The position numbers and the translations under genes are program-made. A DNA stretch of 64,000 bases from contig NC_087252.1 of the NCBI RefSeq assembly GCF_037042905.1, positions 7,690,001-7,754,000 of the forward strand, given 5' to 3'. Below the pieces are notes generated by a model. The model did not search any database, was not told the origin of the DNA, and saw only the letters and a list, made by a program, of their open reading frames with translations. This DNA is from Lytechinus pictus. Taxonomy: Eukaryota. Shown piece by piece: positions 26,491 to 39,200 of this stretch (within the stretch, counting starts at the first letter, position 1; every line of letters starts with the position of its first letter).

Positions 26491-26772
26491 CTCCAGCTCT
26501 CCGGATCTCTCGAATCCCCCTCGGCAACGGCCACCTTCTCCTGACGTGCCTCGTCAATCAATCAACAACCGTCCCAGTGACGTGGTCGTTCCGACGATCA
26601 GGGGAGACGACCTCGAGCAATCTCGTCGGCGGGGACGACGATGACCACGTCCAGGTGTTATCGAACAATTCCCTGATCGTACGGGACTTTGAGGATGAGG
26701 ACGTTGGCCATTATACCTGTACTGCAAGACACGATGGGCTTGTCAGGAATAAGACGGCTCGGGTCAGTTTAG
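26491..26772 (+). CDS. Ig protein exon 5 (Ig2)
   Basis: Acceptor ctttcAG; 282 nt, phase 1-1; LLLTCLV...VTWS...HVQVLSNNSLIVRDFEDEDVGHYTCTA; donor G|GTTAGT. Confidence 0.88.
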
Positions 26773-27387
26773 GTTAGTTCACGGATTTAGGCATAAAATA
26801 GGAAAACTTTATCATATGCCCTTTTTGGAACCTTTTCACGTGCAGACGTATTTGTCATTTATTCTTGCCATGGTTGCTTAGTCGCCTTTCCTTGTTAATA
26901 ACCACAGCCCCATTTATGTGATTTGTCTAACCATGGACCTACTACTCTGAGTAGTAGGTCCATGGTTAGACGTTACTATGTTCTTCTAAAGAAATTTTTG
27001 GGTTTATGCATTGCTGTAGATCAATGACAAATTTATTATGTACCAAATGTTACAATATTCAATCATGTGATTTAGTAAAGTGATTTGTAAATAATGCCAC
27101 GTTACTGGTTTTATAAATGTCAAATTTAATCATTTTGTCCAGGCTCATTGTATGCAGCTGCATGCCTGCATATTAAGTTAGTTTTAACTTCATCAGCACG
27201 AGAAAAGTCATTAGATTCAAACCCCTGTATGCATACTGATTTCAATTTAATATCACATTCGTAGCCGCAAGAATTTACAACATACCTTTATTGAAGAGAT
27301 AACTTTCGATTTTTCATTATGCGCAAGTAGGTCTATAAATAATATTTTGTTTCTATGTTTGTAATGGTTTTATTTTGTGTGCAACAG

Positions 27388-27690
27388 CTGCAAAACGTGA
27401 CATCATAACTTTCACGACGTACCAGGACGATAACTACAATTTCTTCGTCACGTGCATCGTGGAAGGCGCCCCTGCCACGCCCATTCACCAAGTCACGTGG
27501 TCTTATGGTGAGGATGGTGATGACGACATGCCGGACTTGATGCCGTCGGGTGACGAGGATTCGCATGTCCAAGTATTGGAGAACAGCACCCTCCTGATCA
27601 GGGATTACACCCCGGAAGATGCGGGGTGGTACTACTGCACCGCTCTTCTGTCCGATGGCACAAGGAAAATGAAGCCAATTGATGTTGGAG
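27388..27690 (+). CDS. Ig protein exon 6 (Ig3)
   Basis: Acceptor caacAG; 303 nt, phase 1-1; FFVTCIV...VTWS...HVQVLENSTLLIRDYTPEDAGWYYCTA; donor G|GTATAT. Confidence 0.88.
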
Positions 27691-27796
27691 GTATATGATT
27701 CACTTTTTATATGCCAAAGAAATAACAGCCCGGCTCATCAGAGAGGGCTTCTTGAAATCACACTCAAATGAAACTGATCTAAATTTCTCACTTATA

Positions 27797-30700
27797 TAGT
27801 ATCCCTAAATTAGACCCCAAAAAAGCCTATCTGGAATAAAATTATTGGAAATGGTTTTTTGACTGATTTGAGTAGGTATGGGTGTCAACATTTACCAAAA
27901 AAAAGTTAGGAGGAATACGGGTTGGGGAAAGTGCTTTTTTTTTCAAGGTCAAAGGTCAATGACCTTTTCGTACATACTGTATAATGGTATCTCTGAGATG
28001 GAAAGGCGCAGGTTGGTGATACTGGTGTCGAAATGCACAAATTCTTACTAGAATATCAAATAGAATAAAATTAATGACCTAGAATGCACATTCACCTATA
28101 AAATTCAAGGTCAAAGCCTTTCAAAAGGTCAATGACCTTTTTACATTATATACCATACCGTATAATGGTATCTCTGAGATGATAAGGTACATGCTGGTGA
28201 TCATGGTGTCAAAATGTACAGATTCTTACAAGAAGATCAAATAAAATAAACTTAAGTACCTAGAATGCACATTCACCAATAAAATTCAAGGTCAAAGCTT
28301 TTCAAAGGTCAATGACCTATTTGCATTATATACCATACTGTATAATGGTATCCCTGAGATGAAAAAGCACAGGTGGTGATCATGGTGTCAAAATGCACAG
28401 ATTCTTACCAGAAGATCAAATATAATAAAATTAAGTACCTAGAATGCACATTCACGCATAAAATTTAAGGCCAAAGGTCAATGACCTTTTATACTATATA
28501 TACCATATTATATAATTGTATCTCTAAGAGAAAACGGTGCAGGTTGGTGTTCTTGGTGTCAAAACACGCATATTCTTACAGGAAGATAGAATAAAATTAA
28601 GCATCGAGAATGCACATTCACCCATAAAATTCAAGGACAAAGGTCAATGTCCATTTTAACATTAGATAATAATAATGGTATCTTTGAGATAAAACACCGC
28701 AGGTTGGTGATCTTGGTGCCAAAATCCAAAGACTTGTACAAGAAGATTAAACAACACTAAAATAAGTATAAAGAATAAACTTTCACCCTTTAAATCCTAG
28801 ATCAGAGGAAATATATAATCTATATGACATAAAAATAACCAAAAACAATATCTTTTGTGTTCATATTTTATATCTGAATAATGTAAATAACCATGGCTAA
28901 TTTGTAGTGAAAACATGGAGGTTTCATAATTTCGGTCTGAAATAATGAAGGCCATGGAGAATGTATTTAGGGGGTCAGAGGTCAATGAGCCCTTTCCAAA
29001 ATATCAGTGGAAATTAAGTAAAAAAAGTTGATAACCAAATAACACTTTTTCATATACTGCGATGCATTGCCAAAAGCACTGAAAAAATAAATGAAATCAA
29101 GTATATAATTTGAAATGATTTTTATCTTAAGTAGCAGCATTTAATGCATCATTATATCTAAATCAAGGTTGTCGTGTCTTTTCTCTCCAGCGATAGGCCA
29201 CTCACCTCAATGTTATAATAAATATTATAAACTATAAGCTTAATCTTCTGAAAATGGATAGGACAGGTCTAACTCTCATGTCACAGCTAGCATCATCTGA
29301 GAGCATTTCCAAACAGCAGAGGGATGATGATGATTATGATTAAATGAAGGCCATCATTAGAGCTGCAGCTTCTGTCATACATGTAGTAAATTACATATAT
29401 ATCAACTTCAACAAAAGTGAATTCCCGTATTATTATTAATTACCTTTCATCAGTTCATTGTGAGCTGTCAGAATCTCTTGTGATGCTAATGCTGCAAGAC
29501 AAAACTTCATATCTGCTCTCTGTCGTACGTCACCCATGATGCTATTTCTACTAGGTATCAGTTTGTACAAGGATCATGTTTTTGGTCCAGAACAACTGAT
29601 TGTTATCATGCACAAATTAGGCATATAACAATGAAATTCAAAAGGAGATAATAGCTTACAAGTACACACCATCGACCTAACAAAACTACAGCACCACTTC
29701 CAGTTCTTGAGAATCAAGCTGTGCAATTATCAGTAATAATATAGATCCTGGTCTGATATCCCTTGACAGAACGTAAGGCTTTCATTGAATGGGCCAGATC
29801 AAAGTCTTGAAAATGTCAGGTTTTCAAGAGTTCAATTACTCTTTGCTGAAGTTGAGACACTTAACTTCATCTATGACAAAAGCTGCAGCTCTAATGATCT
29901 AATGATTGCCTTATTTTAATTCTTCGTCATTGTCCCTGGCTATATACAAATGTTTGCGGATGATGCTTGCCATAAGAGTTAGGCCTATCCTTTCCATTTA
30001 CAGATTAAGTTATAGTGTTATAGTATTGATTGTAGCATTTGAGGTTAGTGACCTATTGCTACAGAGAAAATAGTACCTTGATTTAGATTTATAAAATGCA
30101 TATCTCAATGCTGCTACTTTAGGTAACTTCACCACTGTCACCATTTCAAATTATATCACACGTGATTTTTTTTTACACTTTTGTCAATGCATTACAGTAT
30201 ATTATAAGAAAAAGTGCTATTTGATGAATCTTGATTCAATTTTACCTCGAACTTGTATTTTGACATCATTATTGGTCAAGGATTCAACTATTAAATTTGT
30301 GTTCTTTTTCCACGCAGGTCAGTCTTTTTCCCATCAGAACCACTATACCTACATGCCACAATCACGTTATATCGACCTATTTACTTAAATTCCCTGACGT
30401 TATTGACATAGTTGATTGACCTTTAACTCCTAAATATATTTTCCATGGCCATTTTTCATCCTTATTTCAGAGTGAAATTATTAGACTTCCAAGTTTTCAT
30501 TACAAATAGTTATCTTTCTTTCTATTATTCACAAATAAAATGTGAATATAATGGATTAATTTCTTTTTGGGGGGAATCATGCATGGACATATAAATATTT
30601 ATCAACTTTTGACCTTTGACTTTGGATATTGGATTATTCTGTATGATTATTTTGAGTCTTTTTTATCTTCTTGCAAAAATTGCTTTTTGACATCAAAATC

Positions 30701-31444
30701 ACCAACATGCAGCGTTTTATCTTAGAGATACCTTTATACGATATATAGCCTATGTAAAAAGGTCACTGACCTTTGACCTTGAACGTTATGGATTAGTATG
30801 CATTCTAGGTGATTAACTTTATCTTATTTGACCTTCCTGTAAGAGTCTGGGAATTTTGATACAACGATCACCAACCTGTTCCGTTTCATCTCAGAGATAC
30901 TATTATATAGTATGATACATAATGTAAAAAAGGTCATTGACCTTTGAAAGGCATTTACCTTGAATTTTATATTTTAATGTGCATTCTGGGTACTTAATTC
31001 TATTTTATTTGATCTTCCTGTAAGAACCTCTGCATTTTGACACCAAGATCACCAACCTGCACCTTTTCATCTGAGAGATACCATTATACCGTATATGGAA
31101 TACAATGTAAAAAAAGGTCATTGAGCTTTGAAAGGCTTTGACCTTGAATTTTATTGTTTAATGTGCATTCTGGGTAATTAATTTGATTTTAGTTGATCTT
31201 CTTGTAAGAATCTGTGCATTATAACACCATGATCACCAACCTGTAATATTTTATCTGGGAGATACCATTATACAGTATGTACGAAAAGGTCATTGACCTT
31301 TGACCTTGAAAAAAAAAAACTTTCCCCAACCCGTATTCCTCCTAACTTTTTTTTGGTAAATGTTGACACCCATACCTACTCAAATCAGTCAAAAAACCAT
31401 TTCCAATAATTTTATTCCAGTTGGTTACTAATTACGGGATACTA
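27797..31444. mobile_element. 3.65-kb foldback (long inverted repeat) element in the last intron of the Ig gene
   Basis: TAGTATCCC...GGGATACTA ends. About 100 bp from 27831 is a near-perfect inverse of 31320-31420. Each arm holds roughly 180-bp subrepeats (AAGGTCAATGACCT). Degenerate inverse homology continues inward to about 29400/29860. Confidence 0.88.
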
Positions 31445-31887
31445 TTAAAAGCCTTATCTCTTCCAATATCTAGGTATACAAATTTAATTTGATATCTTTA
31501 TAGCATTTTTTTTCGGGGGGGGGGGGGCGGGGTGTAACGAGCCAAAATGTTTGAAGGGCACATTAGCATAAGACGTAGGCTCTGTGGGAAAATTTCTAAG
31601 TGGCGATCTAGTGAAAATATTGGCATTTTTACAATAAAATCTAAAATTGTGACAGATTTTGATATAAAATTTAACAAAATTATAGAAATGTTCATAACTC
31701 TTTTTTCCTTTTCCGGGGGGGGGGGTGTATGGAGAGAATATAATCATGGAATAAAACAATAAAACAAAATGCAAGAAACTGTAAGTGAAGCTCGAGCAAT
31801 TAGATAATTGTAGGATGATTAAATGCAGCTCTCTTTAAACGTGTTATTGTGGCTATATCAACGCTTCCCCTCTTTTATCCTTTGCAG

Positions 31888-31973
31888 GTGCCCCTCTCTC
31901 GACCGTCGCTAATATTTGGCTAATCATCGTGCTAACAGTCTTCACTATCATCCGGAATGCATCAGCCCTTTAA
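31888..31973 (+). CDS. Ig protein exon 7 (C-terminal hydrophobic tail, probable GPI signal)
   Basis: Strong acceptor cttttatcctttgcAG; in phase 1 it reads GAPLSTVANIWLIIVLTVFTIIRNASAL*. Small residues are followed by a hydrophobic stretch and there is no cytoplasmic domain. Confidence 0.75.
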
Positions 31974-34872
31974 AGGAAGAAAATTAAATTCACTTGGGGA
32001 AGGGATGGGTGGGTCAAGAGCTTTGTTAGAATCGTCGGAGGATAAGAATTTTTTTTTTCCCGTTGTGACATTTTGACAAAATGATATTGCTGTATTGTTT
32101 TAGTATTTTGTTTGTTTATTTGTTGCTTTTTTAGGATATTAGAAGAATGATCCATTGTAACATTTGCTTGAAAAAATCAAGATTTTTAATTCATTGAAAA
32201 TATTTATTAAATATCTTTTAAGCAAACTGGATGTTTGATAACAGTATGCATTCCTGGAGGAAAAATCATGAACAGTATGAATTCCTGAAAAAAAAATGTG
32301 AAAAAATTATGGACAAAAATCACTGAAAATCTGTGAAAAAAAATACGTTGAAAAAAATAAAGAATTGTTGAAGTGATATTCAAGTTTTGAAATAAAGGCA
32401 TATAATTATAATTTTGCAAGGGTGCAGAAAAACCTTTTAAAACAAATTTTACAGATACATTATTTTCGACAAGAGCATGGATGTTATGGCTTTATGTGCA
32501 TGTATGTGCGGGTCGCGGGAGTGGTCTGCCCAAAGTGGAAATTGGAATTGAATGACACACATCAAATACATTTTAACTTAACAATATAAACATAGCGCCC
32601 CTCCCACAATGTCCCATATCATGATCTTAGTTATTAATTTTAGCTAGACTTATTTTTTTTTTGTCACATTGATCTTTATGCATATTTTTCGCTTTTAGCG
32701 CTTTATTCCACTTCATGATTAAGTTTGAATACAGTATAGTTGTGCTCCCAACTGAATTGTTAGAGATTTCGTTCGCATTATATGAACAGCCAAAATATTT
32801 GTAACCATTTTTAACCATGAATATGGGCCTACATGAAGGTATCAATAAAATAGCGAGTATTTGTTGTAAAATGTTATTATTGGCCTAATTCATTTATTGA
32901 CGTCACACTCTATTTTGTCCAACATTTCATATCATTGGCGTCCCGTTTTGTCGCTTTCATCCAGACCTCCTCCCCTTTCGTTGTTTCCAAAAATTTACAA
33001 AAGATGAAGAAAAAATATCGGGAAGAAAAAATAGAGGGCGCTATTCAGAGTTCGAAAAGGGATGGAAAAGGATTCATTATGGGGAAGAGATGTCGAGAAG
33101 ATATAATATATATCAAAGAAAGGAAGGTGAGGGATGATGGAGGAGAGATGAATAAAAGAAGAGCAGCTGAAAGATTTTGAGACTTGGGGGGAAGGGGAGC
33201 TGAACATGAATATAATTGATGGGTCCTTTTTTTAAATACGTATACGTTATTGTACAAGTTTGTTGAAAACAGTGGGGGTGCCGAGGCCCCTGCAAAAGGG
33301 GGAGAGGAAGCGAGATAGACAGACAAAAGGGAGAGAACTAAAGACATATATGCTTCATCGTTCACTTTCCAATTGTAACTCTGATTTTGACCATTTTTCA
33401 TTTTGCATCCATTTTTATCTCACACACTCTCATTTCACCAGCAAGCCGATAATTACTTCCCTTATTTACCCATCTTCTTGCTTCCTTCATCACTCTCTTC
33501 TCTCACACTCCGTCTCTTTGTAATTCCTCTCTCTCTCTTCCCCATCTATACCTGTCTCTACCTCCCCCATACCCAATCAATATGTTTCTGTCTCTCCCAA
33601 TCTCTGTTAGTCTCTTTTTCCCTTGCTCCCCTTCTCTCTGTCCCTGCCCTTTCCCTCTCTGATCTCCCCCTTCTACCCCTCTCTATTTCCCCCTTTCCTC
33701 AGCCCCTCTACTCTCTATCCCCTCGTCACTGTTCAATTAATATACAGCTTGGGAAATAATTATTAGACCATACCGTATGAGAGCTTAGAAGGAAGGTGTC
33801 AAGGTGGTCTGGTATTTATTTCCCGAACTGTACAGGCTTATAATTCAAACATCACTTTTCATCTCTATAACAATATACAAATTAATTATACATAATCCTG
33901 GTTCTATCGATTGAATTTCCTTCACTTTATGTCAATATTTTCCATAGGCGTAATAGAATTCATTCAAACATTTTATAAATGTCAAATGCCTGTAAGTATT
34001 TCTGTGTATCATTGGAACACACATCACATGAGTGAGGTGGTAATGGATTTCTTCTGAATTTCTGAAAAATATTGACCCTTTAACCACCTCCTCCCCCCAA
34101 AAATAAAATAAAAAGAAATAAAAACTGAATAAAAACAAGAGAAATCAATTACGTTTCGTCTTCAATAAATAAGAAGAAGCAATGATGCACCTCTATCGCA
34201 ATCTGAAAGTCACACAACAACAAAACTTAAATGTGTGTGTGTGTGCGGGGGGGGGGGGGGTGGATCCATGCCAGCTTTACAAACAATGTAAGTATCACGA
34301 TTGTACCAAAATACCATAACTATTAATATCAATTATCAACATCCAATAAAGTCCTAGCTTTCTCGGGTCAAGCTATAATAGCTCTATGGTCATAACAAGT
34401 GAAGTATCATTTCAATGAGAATTGAATTATCATATATTATTAAATCACTCGGGAGAAAAATTGATTAAATTCAGATCTCCTGAGAAGTATAGATTCGTCA
34501 AACAAATATTCAATTTCTTCATAGATTTCTACACTGAAATTTTATAACATATTCACTTTTCCCAATTCTTAATAAAATAGAAAAACAGGGTTATCCAGGC
34601 TATGAAAAATGTGATTTGAAGAGATCTAGTAACATAAGTCAAATGATGCACTGAAAATTTCATCAAAATTCGATGAGGAATAACAGAGTTATGACATTCT
34701 TATGACAGTTTTGCAATATCTCAGTGAATCAGTTCTAAGCATGTCCTCATGAACATGCAATGAGCAAGTTGATGATGTCATCTCCTCAATTATTATTTTG
34801 TATTTTATATACATTTATTAAGTTCTTCCCTTGAACAATAAAAAAGAGGACTGGTTACTGATTTACTATGAC

Positions 34873-35614
34873 CAAGGAGGTTTAAATGAGATGGAGCAAC
34901 AGCAAACAAAATCCTTTTGAACAAGCTTCGAAGCCGCCAGCAGAAAGTATGTCAGGCATGCACTTTGCTCAACATCTCTTGCAATTGTGTAGACAAATGA
35001 TTCCCGCATGACTCTGCAGCTATAGGTCATACAGAAAGGGACATATGCTTTTGTGATGATAATTACTTTTTCGCCGCATCTTGGTCTGGTTATATGTGTA
35101 GTACATAATTTGAAAGCATGCGGAAATAAACTATGCAATATGTCCTGAAATATGACTCAAATTTGCTCGACTGGGCATGTGCGGGCACTCATCTGGCATA
35201 TACAGTAATGAACAACAATATTCCACCGACCACATTTGAAATTTTAATTCGCTGCAAACGATCGGAAAAGTGTTAAAATCTGTTTTCAGTAAAGGTCAAA
35301 TTCTTTCTTTTTTCACTAATTAAAGGTTAATTTATATAATCTGGGCAAATATCTCGTCGTAATAGTGCTTGGTTATTGATGTTTTGTCATGCATTCAAAT
35401 TTCAGTTTGGTTATTAATATAAAAGATGGAAAATGGATACAAATTAATATTCGTAAAATTTTACCCCTCGGATTTCTTCAATGAAACTGGCGGCTTCGAA
35501 GCTGGACATCAAAAGGGTCCTTATTGCCGTTCTTTCTTTTGTGCTTCTTTAGAAATGAACAGCTGCTTGAATAAATTTGTAGACTGTTGGAACTCCAGTC
35601 ATAGAATCTCCTTG
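34873..35614. mobile_element. 742-bp non-autonomous P-element-like transposon nested in a decayed Kolobok MITE (about 34587-35940)
   Basis: CAAGGAG...CTCCTTG termini; perfect 7-bp duplication CTATGAC at 34866-34872 and 35615-35621; the two halves of the Kolobok element lie on either side. Confidence 0.7.
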
Positions 35615-36275
35615 CTATGACAGATAATTATTGGAGAGTTTGGAAGTAACATATACTGTATGTAGTAGACATTTTTTGTCAAAATATTTATGAAAATATT
35701 TATATGATATCGAATAATTATGATATCATGCAAAGACAGTGAGGACATGTTATCATCACCTACTGTACATTCACGGCATCATGCTAGTAACTGTTTTCAT
35801 GAAATTTTGCCTTACTTTAAAGTAAAAAACTGAATTATATATAAATATATATATACATATATATATATTTCATTTTTTCTAGCAGTTTGCTCATAGAACA
35901 TTTAGATATTCAGATATTATTTTCTGCCTGGACTACCCATTAAATGAGTTACAAATTTAAGGTGAAAATACACCCCAAAAAGATTCATAACGCTGATCAC
36001 TAGCGTTTTAGGAACAACTGCTTTTGGATGGTAGAATTGTCCATGTTTGAAGTGAATATTAATAATGAACATTTTCTTTGACAATTTGTGTTACTGGGAG
36101 ATCTTGTAGCATGCTGTAATTAATTTACAAAACTCCTGAAGAAAGAAACAAAGTGAAGAAAAAGCGATCCCTTTGGATGAGAAATTGGTGCACTAAACCA
36201 CTGCATGCCTAATATATCAACACTTGTACAATGTTGCTCGTTGAGGCAAGGTTATTGTAATCCTATATGTATTTC

Positions 36276-39200
36276 CTATATCTTGCATTTATTTTCTCTC
36301 TTATGTGTTGATAGGTATTTCTTCTTTGGAAACTGACTGTGACATAGATCACACACATAAATCTTTTCCTTGGGGGTACTTTCTGTTTTGCTTTTCGGGT
36401 TATGGGTTCTAAAATGTTGGGCGAGACTGCGACGTGATGTAAAGGTCTTGCCACATTTATCACATACGTGGCTCAACTCCAAACAAGACTTTTCGCCGAT
36501 GTGCTCATCAAGAGATTCCTGAGAAGCAAATATAGCATCACATTTTTTACAAAAGAAGACAGTTCCATCACCTTTATGGGTAACCATGTGTCTCTTTAAG
36601 GTACTTTTATCACCATAAGAGAGGTGACAAGCAGGGCATTTGAACGGCTTCAGTCCCAGGTGCATCCGTTCATGTCGTTGAAGACTGTCTTTGCTGCAGA
36701 GGACCCTGTTGCATTTGCAACACACAAAATACTTCTTGGTGTTGTTACAGTTCACCTGGTGTGCTTGCAATGTTGATTCCTTTCTGAACGACTTGAAACA
36801 CGCGTCACATTGATGCTCCTTGTTGATGTGGCTTTTGAGGTGGACTTTCAGATTGGCTATTTTGCTGAACCTGCGATCACACAACTTACACTGGAACGAC
36901 AGCTTCTGTTCATGCATTTGCATGTGGTAGCGGAGGTATCCAAGTTGATCAAACGTCTTCCCACAATCCTGGCAGGAGAAAGGTTTCCAAGTTGCAATGT
37001 TCTCCATGCTATCCATACCTCTGATTCCATGCGTGAGCTCGTGCTTTGTGAGGTTTCCTCTATCGCTGAAACCTCGGTTGCAGATGGAACACTTGTGTGG
37101 CTTCGCTCCTGTGTGGATGATCTCATGGCGATTCAGGCTACTTGTCTCCTTGAATGCCTTTGAACAGTACTTGCAGTTGTATGGTCGTTCTCCAGTATGC
37201 TTCCTCCCGTGTTTCTCAAGGCGTTTCAGGGATGGAAAGGATAGGCTGCAATCGGGACACGGGAACAGCGGTATAGTTGGTCCCACTCCATGTACCAGAA
37301 GGAGGTGCTCCTTGAGAATTGGTCTCCGGCTGTAGGACTTTCCGCAGCGGTCACATGGGAAAGGTTTCTTGCCTTGGTGCGAATTTAGATGCCGTTGAAG
37401 GCTCTGCTTTACTTTAAACATCTTCCCACAGATCTCGCATGTAAAGGGTTTCAATTCAAAGTTGACAGAAATTGGATCTATTGCAAATTGTTTATGACCT
37501 TGTTTATCTGCCACATTATTCTTTTCAATTTTAATGTCATCACTTTGACCAACGCTCAATTTTGGTTGCATGGGTGCATTAACATTTTCTAATGCAACGT
37601 TTTGGGGACTCTCACTCTTTTTCTCTCTTTCCTTCTTCTTTTTCTTCATTACATTGAGAAAATGTCCTTGACACAAGCCATTTTTATGACGTTTTAGATA
37701 TGCCCCCTTTGTGAAACCTTTCCCACATTTCTTACATTGGTGGGCTTTCTCGCCTTTATGGATCTGCTGATGTCGCTTCCAACTTGCATGATACATGAAT
37801 GGCTTATCACAGGTTGGACAAATGTATTGCATTTCTCCAGAGTGTGAACGTTCGTGCACACGAAGGGACGAAGCATGTGTGAACTTTGCACCACATTCCT
37901 TACATTGGTTCTTTTCAAGCGTTTGCATGTCACCAATACTGTCCTTCCAGTGACTTCTCATGTGCATCTTCAACTCACTTTGTGTTCCAGAAGTAAAACT
38001 ACACTTTGTGCAAGAATGGATCTTTGCTCTTGTGTGGATTTTCATATGTGTCCGAAGGGCTGAAGGCGATTTGAAGCGCTTCGGGCAAAACTGGCAGCCA
38101 TGAGGACGATCAGTGTAGTGGATGCACTTGTGGGTCCTACGAGAATATCCATCTGGGAACACCCAAGAGCAGAGGGAACATTTGTACGTCCTGTCTGAAG
38201 AGTGGATAATCTTGTGGTTTTCTAGAGCCCGTTTTCTGGAGAACTGCAACCCGCAGGTGTCACAGTAAAAATCCTTGATAGATGAATGTACAATCTGATG
38301 TCTTTTGAGACCTCCTGAGGAGCTGAAGGTTTTATGACACTCATTACATGAAAATGGTTTATCAAACTTGTGAGTCCTGAGATGGACACCAAGACGAACT
38401 GCTGATGGATAATACCTTGGACAGTACTTGCACTTGTGGACACCAATAAAAGCATGTTCTGTGTGGCATGAGTTTATATGAGCCTTAAGTGTTTCCCTGT
38501 AGCCGTACACTTTATTACAAAAATCACATTTGAATTTCTTACCTGAGTGGACTTTCAAGTGCCTGTAAAAATTGAAAGACTTAGAAAATGTCTTTCCACA
38601 CTTCTCACAACAGTACTCCTGGGCTACTCGAGGTATGCTTGACTTAACATGACTGTGTGCATTAATGTCAAGTTTTTTAACATCCCCTTCAGGAGCATCT
38701 GGTTCAAGCGAGGGTTGTCTATTTTCCATATCAAGAAGTTCTACTTCATCTTCGATGATGTAGAGTTGTTTGTCCTCCTCAGATTGGTGATTTTCCTCCG
38801 CATAGTCGCCCACAGCTAGCTGTGAATTCATGGGAATGTGAATCTCCATTGCTACTTCTCCTAGGAGAGTACATGTATCTGGCTGGAGATGAACTGTAGA
38901 AGGAATCTGTGAAAGATTAGAATCTTGGCGAATGACGCCCTCTATGTGGGCCTCCTCAAATGGAATTCGAGAGAAATCGTCAACTATTGTTAATCCATCC
39001 TTATCTTCTCTGACTAGATCTTCTGAGACCACCTCAACCTGACGAGCAAGGAGAATACCCACGGGTACAACAGATGATGCCATTGTTACTGATGAACTCT
39101 CTTTAAGTGCTTCGGGGTCAAGAACTTCTGTAGGTTCATTTGAGGGAGCTGAAGACTCATTTACACCTTCCGCATTGGATTTCTCCTCATGGTTACTTGG

